Assembly (NCBI GenBank): GCA_048938445.1
Contig: JBHLME010000120.1
Span: 1-13,834, forward strand
Reading direction: 5' to 3'
Source of the DNA: Promethearchaeota archaeon
Lineage (GTDB): Archaea; Asgardarchaeota; Lokiarchaeia; Sigyniarchaeales; SOKP01
DNA length: 13,834 bases
Part shown: piece by piece, positions 1 through 6,523 of the stretch
How the letters are laid out: each line of letters opens with the position of its first letter
Position numbering within the stretch: the first letter of the stretch is position 1
The notes under the pieces: model-generated
Told to the model about the DNA's origin: nothing
The model's input: the letters and a program-made list of their open reading frames with translations, nothing else
Database searches by the model: none
Program-made: the position numbers and the translations under genes

Positions 1-49
1 TTACAGAGAAACGAATGTGCTTTATTGTCCTATTACAATGATCTTTCAT
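1..49 (-). CDS. moaA: GTP 3',8-cyclase MoaA, 5' end only (continues beyond the left edge; absent from the ORF track)
   Basis: ATG at 49-47, 7 nt after the moaC stop, reads MKDHCNRTIKHIRFSV. This matches the MoaA N-terminal pattern D..xR.I..LR(I/F)SVT that precedes the CxxxCxxC radical-SAM motif. The final base (A) is compatible with the expected Thr codon. Adjacent to moaC. Confidence 0.8.
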   Translation of the reverse strand, partial: MKDHCNRTIKHIRFSV

Positions 50-56
50 AATTTTT

Positions 57-491
57 TTAGTTAATCTTTTTAATCTTCTTGTCTACTTTTATATCCCTAA
101 TGATGGTATCAAGATATTGTCCATTTTCATCTTTTTCATACATCTTTACTACATCCCAGATATTTAACAATGCGATACTAACTCCCATTAAAGCCTCCAT
201 TTCCACACCTGTTTTCGCATTGCTCTTAACGGTACAAGATGCTTTGATAGACGTTTGATTTTCAATTTCTATGTCTAAAGAAACATTATTTATTGGTATG
301 GGATGACATAATGGAATTAAATCCGGCACTTTTTTGACTGCATTAATACTTGCGATCTTAGCAATAGTAATTACATCTCCCTTTTGTATATTTTGTGCCC
401 TAATTCTTTCTATTGTTTCCTTTTTTAGAGAAATTTTACCAGATGCCGTTGCAATTCGAAGAATTGTTTCTTTTCCAGAGATATCAATCAT
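57..491 (-). CDS. moaC: Cyclic pyranopterin monophosphate synthase MoaC
   Basis: Signature motifs MIDISGK, KGDV, LIPLCHP, KTGVEMEAL and the archaeal-type WDVVKMYEKDENGQY; 144 aa. Confidence 0.97.
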   Translation of the reverse strand: MIDISGKETILRIATASGKISLKKETIERIRAQNIQKGDVITIAKIASINAVKKVPDLIPLCHPIPINNVSLDIEIENQTSIKASCTVKSNAKTGVEMEALMGVSIALLNIWDVVKMYEKDENGQYLDTIIRDIKVDKKIKKIN

Positions 492-514
492 ATCAATAAA
501 GAATTAAAACCTAA

Positions 515-542
515 TACGTTTGATTTTTTCATACATATCGAT
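515..542. promoter_or_regulatory. ModE-box-like operator upstream of moaC-moaA
   Basis: Plus strand TACGTTTGATT-TTTTCA-TACATATCGAT. The right half matches the ModE consensus half TAYATAnCGAT. CGTT and ATATCGAT occupy the same positions as in the site at 4458-4485. Confidence 0.5.
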
Positions 543-617
543 TGAGTTAATTAATTATAACTATTTTAAATAATTTCTTCAAATAAATAAGAAATCAAAA
601 ATAAGAATAATATACAT

Positions 618-1391
618 TTACCATGGCACGTCTTTAATTCCTAAGTAATATCCAACGCTACTACCTATAATGGTAATTGAGGGTGTTAGAATTAATACAA
701 AAATGATAATATTAATATCAGGAACCCAAAATAATCCAGGTGCAATTAATCCTGGAATAGATATAAAAATGAGAACAACAATAACAAAATCAAGTTGATC
801 GACAATCCAAAAAGGCATTCCACTTTTGATATCTTTTCTTCGTTTAAAAAAACTCCCTATTAAATCACCTATCCCTGTACTATAAGAACAAATTATAATC
901 CTGATGAGAAGAGAGATTAGACCAATAGGAAAGGGCCCTCCAATGAAGTAATATTGATAATAAATTAGACTATTGTAAAGTACATATAAATCGGCATCAA
1001 TTGCTAATTGATAAGCAGGACCAATGAATTGCCATAAAATGAAAAATAAAAGAAAAATTCCTATAGATATGGGTATCCCAAAATAAATTGGTCCTTTTAA
1101 TAATCCATTCCATGTTTTATGATCTCCGAAAATTCTTCGTCCATCTTTCCAGACTTTACCCCCATCGATAGGTTTTCCCCCACCAAAAAAGACCATTGAC
1201 GCATTTGAAATATAAGCTGGGGCAATTAACAAAAAAGAAAAGACAAGGATTGCAAGCCAATCTGACCAAGTAAATAACAATGATATTATTATAAAATGAA
1301 TAAAGATTAAAATTCCGCAGAGAAATGCCAGATAAACGGCAATTTTTTCATATCTTATCTCTGTTTGTGTTAATGTTGTTCTATTTTTCAA
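618..1391 (-). CDS. carS: CDP-archaeol synthase (CDP-2,3-bis-O-geranylgeranyl-sn-glycerol synthase)
   Basis: Motifs PAYISNA, GGGKPIDGG..WKDGRRIFGDHKTW.G, GDLIGSFFKRR, DQLDF and C-terminal GIKDVPW; multiple TM segments. TTG start preceded by SD-like GAGTGA, with an in-frame stop four codons upstream. Confidence 0.95.
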   Translation of the reverse strand: MKNRTTLTQTEIRYEKIAVYLAFLCGILIFIHFIIISLLFTWSDWLAILVFSFLLIAPAYISNASMVFFGGGKPIDGGKVWKDGRRIFGDHKTWNGLLKGPIYFGIPISIGIFLLFFILWQFIGPAYQLAIDADLYVLYNSLIYYQYYFIGGPFPIGLISLLIRIIICSYSTGIGDLIGSFFKRRKDIKSGMPFWIVDQLDFVIVVLIFISIPGLIAPGLFWVPDINIIIFVLILTPSITIIGSSVGYYLGIKDVPW

Positions 1392-1524
1392 TTTAATATG
1401 TCACTCATTATCATAAAAATATTACATTGAATTATTATTCGCATTAAATCTTTTCTTTATATTATCGATTAGAATAAAATGTCAAGAATTTTAATGAGGT
1501 AATTAAATAAAGCACGGATTAAAT

Positions 1525-2616
1525 TTAAAGACATTTAACATCTGTAGCTTTAAAATTTATAAAAACTTCTGTATTTGGTTTTAAATCCAATTTATCACGA
1601 GAGACCTGAGTTATTGTCGACAAAAATTGTTTAGATCCACAATTAACTATTACATGACAAATATTTCCTAGTTCTCTAACCTCTTCAACTTCTCCTTTGA
1701 ATAAGTTAAGAGAACTCACATTTTCTGGCGGATTTTTTGCAATAATGACACTCTCAGGATGTATGCATACCTTTACCTCGCCTTCCCTCTGATCAGAAGC
1801 TATGATAGAGAAATCATTGATTTTAATATGATTTAATCCTGTCTTTTTATCTAGATGCGCGTTACCAATAAAAATATTTTCATATCCAACAAAATGTGCT
1901 GTAAATTCATCCTTGGGAGATTTAAAGATTTCATCTGGAGTTCCGATCTGAGAAATTGTTCCATTTTTCAAGACAGCAATTCGATCAGCATATTTAATAG
2001 CCTCAAACCGATCATGAGTGCTCATTATTATCGTTTTGTCCTTATCTTGTTTAATTTTTTTGATAAAATCATCTAGTAATTTATGATTCATCTGGTCAAG
2101 ATTTGCAGAAACTTCATCTAATAAATATATTTCAGGTGAAATAATAAAATTCATGGCTATTGCAACACGTTGCATTTCACCACCAGATAATGAACGCGCA
2201 TTTTTTCTTTCCATCCCTTTTAAACCAACAGTTTCAATGATTGAATTCACTTTTTCTAAAAAATTTTCATATTTTATTCCCCTTACTCTTAATCCATAAG
2301 CAATATTATTAAAAACAGAAGTGTTTCTAACTACGGGTTTTTGTCTTACATAAGAAAATTTTCTCCTAAAATTTACTTTATTTTTCCTTGATAAATGTGA
2401 GAGTTCCATACCATTATAAAGAAAATTACCACCTGTTGGATTTTCAAGTAATCCTAATATTCTTAATAAAGTAGTTTTTCCACTTCCATTAGGACCAATT
2501 ACTACAAAACATTCTCCTTTTTGGACGCTAAAACTAACATTTGAAAGTACATTTATTTCATGCGTGTCCTTTGAATAAAATGTTTTTGAAAGATCTCTGA
2601 CTTCTATTAATCCTAT
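1525..2616 (-). CDS. tupC: Tungstate ABC transporter ATP-binding subunit with C-terminal TOBE domain (69 codons longer than the ORF-track call; probable ATA start)
   Basis: The frame is open upstream of ATG 2409 and contains LIEVRDLSKTF and Walker A GPNGSGKT (2473-2496). Downstream are the Q-loop YVRQ, LSGGE, Walker B YLLDE, the H-loop STHD and a TOBE tail. Directly follows tupB; SD GAGGTGA at 2623-2629. Confidence 0.88.
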   Translation of the reverse strand: MGLIEVRDLSKTFYSKDTHEINVLSNVSFSVQKGECFVVIGPNGSGKTTLLRILGLLENPTGGNFLYNGMELSHLSRKNKVNFRRKFSYVRQKPVVRNTSVFNNIAYGLRVRGIKYENFLEKVNSIIETVGLKGMERKNARSLSGGEMQRVAIAMNFIISPEIYLLDEVSANLDQMNHKLLDDFIKKIKQDKDKTIIMSTHDRFEAIKYADRIAVLKNGTISQIGTPDEIFKSPKDEFTAHFVGYENIFIGNAHLDKKTGLNHIKINDFSIIASDQREGEVKVCIHPESVIIAKNPPENVSSLNLFKGEVEEVRELGNICHVIVNCGSKQFLSTITQVSRDKLDLKPNTEVFINFKATDVKCL

Positions 2617-2618
2617 AT

Positions 2619-3314
2619 TTAATCACCTCGTGTCTGTAAACGTGTCAATAAATAGTTTGTTATGAATGCAAGTGTAATTAATATCACTCCTAGAGCAATT
2701 GCCATTCCAAATTCACCTTGACGTGTTTGGAGTACTATAGATGTTGTAAAAGTTCTTGTTTCCCATCTGATATTCCCTCCAACAATCATAACCGCCCCCA
2801 CTTCTGAAATTGCTTGACCAAAAGCGACAAGAAATCCTGCTATTATTGACTTTTTTGAGTGAATGATTAATTGCCCCCATAATTGACGTTCGTTGGCACC
2901 TAATGAAAGAATGGTTTCTTTCAAATCAGCATCAACACTCTCTATAGCTGCTTTTGATGTACCAGTTATAATTGGAACTGCTAAAAGAAATTGGGCTATA
3001 ATCATAGCTGTTGTTGAATAAAGAAGCCCTAAAGATCCAAATAATCCATTTCTTGAAAGAAGTAAATAAACTAATAATCCCATGACTACCGGAGGAAATC
3101 CCATAAATGTGTTTATAAAATTGGTTAATTCCTTCTTTCCCCGAAAATCTCTTAATCCGAGAAATGATCCCACAGGTAACGCAACTACTGCTGCTAATAT
3201 GGTAGATGTTAGAGAAACTCGAAAGGATACAGCGATAACCCCCCATATTTCAGGATCAAAAGTAAAAATTAAAATTAATGCTTCTAAAATTCCATCGATT
3301 ATTTCATTAGCCAT
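2619..3314 (-). CDS. tupB: Tungstate ABC transporter permease
   Basis: TupB-type motifs NTFMGFPPVVMGL.VYLLLSRNG.FG.LGLLY, IIAQFLL..PII and FGQAISEVGAVMIVGGNIRWETRTFTT; about 5 TM helices; follows tupA. Confidence 0.95.
   Translation of the reverse strand: MANEIIDGILEALILIFTFDPEIWGVIAVSFRVSLTSTILAAVVALPVGSFLGLRDFRGKKELTNFINTFMGFPPVVMGLLVYLLLSRNGLFGSLGLLYSTTAMIIAQFLLAVPIITGTSKAAIESVDADLKETILSLGANERQLWGQLIIHSKKSIIAGFLVAFGQAISEVGAVMIVGGNIRWETRTFTTSIVLQTRQGEFGMAIALGVILITLAFITNYLLTRLQTRGD
2623..2629 (-). promoter_or_regulatory. Shine-Dalgarno site for tupC, embedded in the last codons of tupB
   Basis: Minus strand GAGGTGA-TTAAAT-ATA GGA TTA: canonical archaeal SD 6 nt before the ATA codon. Confidence 0.7.
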
Positions 3315-3340
3315 TATATAATCTCATCTTTGATTTTTTA

Positions 3341-3361
3341 AAAATAAAATGAAAAAAAAAA
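3341..3361 (-). terminator. Oligo-T tract between tupA and tupB (possible partial terminator)
   Basis: Minus strand T10-CATTTTATTTT starting about 15 nt after the tupA stop; archaeal termination typically occurs at U-tracts. Confidence 0.4.
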
Positions 3362-3376
3362 TTTATATTCCAATAA

Positions 3377-4402
3377 TTAAAAATTAAATTCCATTTGAAA
3401 ATATGCCCAAGTAGCTACTTCAGTTGCGGTCGTGGTGCAACTAGTTGTTGTATCACAAGTTCCAAAATCACCATGAAATAAGACTTCATTATTTTTGGTA
3501 TATGAATTTATTAAAAGTTGTCCTAAATTAGATGTAAGAAATCCAACGAATCTACAGGCAGAATTATATTTTACATAAGGATATAACGCTGGATTGACAG
3601 GAATGACACCATAGGGATTTAATAACATATCCTCTCCAGTAATAGATTCTGCTAGTATGTCCAATGAGGTGTAAGTATCATTAAAGGTAAGCCAGGTACC
3701 TCTATCAACTAAAGTATAACCTTCATGAGCAGGATCAACATCTTCCCAGGTCATTAGTAAAGTATCTGCCATACCTTGTCCTGTTTCTGTATAAGTATTT
3801 GGATCCATAGCCCATTCTGTTGATGCAACAACACCAATTAATGCCCATAATTCTTTTTCTTTTGAATGAGTCCCTGAATTGTCTCCTCGGGAGTAAAATG
3901 TCATATTATCAGCATTCATCGCGTCATACAATTTAGTCATCACGGTAATAATATTATCACCTGGTTGCAGATTAGCGGGATTAGAAGTATGCCCAACAAT
4001 TATAAAATCGTTATACATAACGCAAGCTCTATTTATTCCATATGCAATACCATCCACGCCAAGACTTGCATTGACAAAATCATCTTCCCTTGTTCTCGAA
4101 TGAACTAAAATAACATCTACATTGCCATCTTTTCCATATTGAATTGCAGTACCAGTACCCACTGAAAGAACTGAGACTTGAATTCCAGTTCTTTGAGTAA
4201 ATATAGGCAAAAGGTAATCTAATAATCCCGAATCGTAGGTGGAAGTAGTTGTAGCCAGTGTAATACGTTGTGGATTTTGAGCATTCAAGTAATCAATTAC
4301 AAAAAACGTTCCAATTGAACTTCCTGCAATAACAACAGCTATTATGGTTAAAGTTATTTTATGTTTGTTAAGAGTTTCAAGTATAGGTTTACGACTTGAC
4401 AT
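3377..4402 (-). CDS. tupA: Tungstate-binding protein, anchored by an N-terminal TM helix
   Basis: TupA signature LATTTSTYDSGLL, plus VGTGTAI..G..G.VDVILVHS, VMYNDFIIVG, SRGDNSGTH.KE and YTLVDRGTW. Start placed at ATG 4402 (MSSRK) because the 23 extra ORF-track codons overlap the TATA/operator region. Confidence 0.95.
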   Translation of the reverse strand: MSSRKPILETLNKHKITLTIIAVVIAGSSIGTFFVIDYLNAQNPQRITLATTTSTYDSGLLDYLLPIFTQRTGIQVSVLSVGTGTAIQYGKDGNVDVILVHSRTREDDFVNASLGVDGIAYGINRACVMYNDFIIVGHTSNPANLQPGDNIITVMTKLYDAMNADNMTFYSRGDNSGTHSKEKELWALIGVVASTEWAMDPNTYTETGQGMADTLLMTWEDVDPAHEGYTLVDRGTWLTFNDTYTSLDILAESITGEDMLLNPYGVIPVNPALYPYVKYNSACRFVGFLTSNLGQLLINSYTKNNEVLFHGDFGTCDTTTSCTTTATEVATWAYFQMEFNF

Positions 4403-4451
4403 TTTTTTATAATTAAGATTTATTTTAGATATATTAGATAAATAAAAATAA

Positions 4452-4458
4452 TATTTAA
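4452..4458 (-). promoter_or_regulatory. Putative TATA box of the tupABC promoter
   Basis: TTAAATA on the minus strand about 50 nt upstream of ATG 4402, abutting the ModE-like site. The AT-rich background lowers specificity. Confidence 0.4.
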
Positions 4459-4485
4459 GCGTTATGTACATCTGGTGATATCGAT
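4458..4485. promoter_or_regulatory. ModE-box-like operator upstream of tupABC
   Basis: AGCGTTATGTA-CATCTG-GTGATATCGAT versus the ModE consensus ATCGnTATATA-N6-TATATAnCGAT. Same 11-6-11 geometry, located at a tungstate transporter promoter. Confidence 0.6.
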
Positions 4486-4631
4486 CTGATTTTTCATTTT
4501 TTTGTTTAATTTGTTTATAAAAAATAGTCCAACTCTAGGTTAGGAAATACTATAATTTTTTTGAAAAAAATTAAAATCAATAAATTTTAAGTTAGAATGA
4601 AATAAAATTGGTTGATATTAACAACTTAAAT

Positions 4632-5471
4632 CTATAAAATGCCTGTAATTTTCTTTAAAATCATCTCTTTACGCACTTGTCCAAATTCAAGATCTCGTCT
4701 TTCAATAACGATATTAATATTTTCAATCAATCGATCGGCAAAATATTCAAATGAAAAGGGAAAATCAGAATTTACCTTAAAATATTTCTTTAAGAACACT
4801 TTTATCAATTCTATTTTATGTCTTGGCTCGTCCATTTCAAAAATCCCTGGATCAGTGTCTAATAAAGAGCAACAAATCCAGGCTAAATCATCATGGAAGT
4901 TTCCTTCATAAGATTCTTCAAAATCCATCCCATAGATAATGTTTGTCGAGGGATTATAAAGAAAATCCCTTAATCGTGTATCTCCCTTGTTGAAAACAAT
5001 AAATCCATGTTCATTATTTCTGCTGATAAGGTTATTTTTATGTAGTAGTGCCACCCATTTTGCTAAATTTTTAATTCCAAGCTTTATTTTTCTACGAATC
5101 TGATGCTTAATTTCTTTTAAAGAGGTTATATTTTTTAAATTATTATTTATATAATTAGTTAGGTTAATTCCGTTAACTTTTTCCATGAGAATATAAGGTT
5201 TTTTGAAAAATAGCACTTTAGGAACAGTTAGATTCTGTTTTTCTAATTTTTTTAAAGCATTATATTCAATTTCGGTAAATTCTGTCCTAAATAACTTTAA
5301 AATAACTACTTTTGGAAAATTTTCTGGTTTTTTCTTAAATATTAACTCAAATACGATATTCTTTTTACTCGTGAGACGGTTTAATAAAAAATCATTCTCT
5401 CCATCAATCAGTTCGGGAATTTGATCACTAAGATCATTAATTATTTGTTCCTTAATTTTTTGTGGATCCAT
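4632..5471 (-). CDS. Protein-kinase-like fold phosphotransferase (RIO/Bud32/APH-like), function unknown
   Basis: beta3 Lys (VILKLF), helix-C Glu (EIEY), VPKVL, ILMEKVNG, LH, catalytic loop KGDTRLRDF, metal-binding GMDFEE and downstream DDLA. Confidence 0.75.
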   Translation of the reverse strand: MDPQKIKEQIINDLSDQIPELIDGENDFLLNRLTSKKNIVFELIFKKKPENFPKVVILKLFRTEFTEIEYNALKKLEKQNLTVPKVLFFKKPYILMEKVNGINLTNYINNNLKNITSLKEIKHQIRRKIKLGIKNLAKWVALLHKNNLISRNNEHGFIVFNKGDTRLRDFLYNPSTNIIYGMDFEESYEGNFHDDLAWICCSLLDTDPGIFEMDEPRHKIELIKVFLKKYFKVNSDFPFSFEYFADRLIENINIVIERRDLEFGQVRKEMILKKITGIL

Positions 5472-5530
5472 CTCAATCTTCTTAAGATTCTTAGGTATTA
5501 AAAAATTGATATGTTATCAGAATATTTGAA

Positions 5531-5542
5531 TGAACATGTTCA
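5531..5542. promoter_or_regulatory. Perfect 12-bp palindrome in a divergent promoter region
   Basis: TGAACATGTTCA near the middle of the 137-bp gap between the divergent kinase-like and DUF166 genes. Confidence 0.4.
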
Positions 5543-5608
5543 GCATTAAGAATAAATGGGTTATGAATTATTAAAAATATAAATAAAAACTTAAAAAATA
5601 TATTTGTC

Positions 5609-6499
5609 ATGATGAGCGAGAAAAATCATAATTACAGGTTAGGAATTTTATATGGTATTGGCCCAGAAACCGAAATGCTCACTCAAAAGTTCGTTGGTCA
5701 TCTTATTAATTCTGATGATTTTTGTAAATCATGTGAAAACTTAGAGCTGGATATAAAATGCGATAAATGCAGAGAGCATTTACCAAGTTATTCAAGCTCT
5801 ATATATCTTTATGAACAAGTTGGTAAGAACGTGCCCGATTTTATAGAAGATCCTGAAGAATTTTTACCTAAGAACTTCCCTCCAGTTGATTTTCTACTCA
5901 TTGTAGGCATTCATCAAGATTTATTAGGGGGGCTTCCAGAATATTTAAAAGATAAAGGAGTAAAAGCTGTAATCGTTCCAATCGAAGACCCGAAATGGGT
6001 GCCTCCAGGGCTTCAATCCCAAGTATTAAAAGATTTTGAAGCATATGGAATTCAAGCGGCATTTCCTAAGCCTTTTTGCGCTTTAAGTAAAGAATATAAT
6101 AATAATAACAAGGTTGGATATCATCTCACTGAAAAAAATAATTACATTCACACGTTCATCGATTATTTTAAGATTGGCGTGCCCATCGTGTCCTTTTTAC
6201 TGACCAAAGATGGAAAAGCAATTGAAGATAGATGCGTCATACAATCTGCTCCGTGTGGATCCACCTATTACATCTGCCAGCAATTAAAAGGAAAATACAT
6301 TGAAAATAATGGAACCTCCTTGAATGAAAAAATAAGCAAGGCGCATCATGCATATCCATGTAATGCTTCCATGGACCAAGATACGATTTTAAAAGATTCC
6401 TGCCTTCATGTAGGCGGATATCTTGTAAGGAATGCAATACGTCGAGATTTAAAATTAGAAGAGCAAGAAGGGGAAAAATTAACTTACGTGATCAAATAA
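5609..6499 (+). CDS. DUF166 family protein (Cys-rich, unknown function)
   Basis: Family motifs DFIEDPEEFLP, GIHQDL, PKPFCAL, SAPCGST, HHAYPCNASM and LHVGG; additional N-terminal CKSC-x8-CDKC cluster. Confidence 0.8.
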   Translation: MMSEKNHNYRLGILYGIGPETEMLTQKFVGHLINSDDFCKSCENLELDIKCDKCREHLPSYSSSIYLYEQVGKNVPDFIEDPEEFLPKNFPPVDFLLIVGIHQDLLGGLPEYLKDKGVKAVIVPIEDPKWVPPGLQSQVLKDFEAYGIQAAFPKPFCALSKEYNNNNKVGYHLTEKNNYIHTFIDYFKIGVPIVSFLLTKDGKAIEDRCVIQSAPCGSTYYICQQLKGKYIENNGTSLNEKISKAHHAYPCNASMDQDTILKDSCLHVGGYLVRNAIRRDLKLEEQEGEKLTYVIK

Positions 6500-6523
6500 T
6501 CCTTAGAGTTATTTATTCATATT

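Noticed and set aside
1440-1470. ATCGAT upstream of carS (and ATATCGAT at 9306-9313) as further ModE-like boxes
   Set aside because: The partner CG half-site is 3-4 nt out of register relative to the two accepted sites.
1855-2076. 73-aa plus-strand ORF
   Set aside because: Antisense shadow of tupC with no recognisable motifs.
2932-3321. ORFs 2932..3246 (-) and 3082..3321 (+)
   Set aside because: Alternative-frame and antisense ORFs overlapping the well-supported tupB.
4403-4471. 23-aa N-terminal extension of TupA in the ORF track
   Set aside because: Low-complexity AT-rich codons overlapping the predicted TATA box and operator; ATG 4402 gives a normal basic N-region plus TM anchor.
4639-5424. 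Plus-strand ORFs 4639..4911 and 5203..5424
   Set aside because: Antisense to the kinase-like gene; Phe/Ser/Ile-rich shadow composition.
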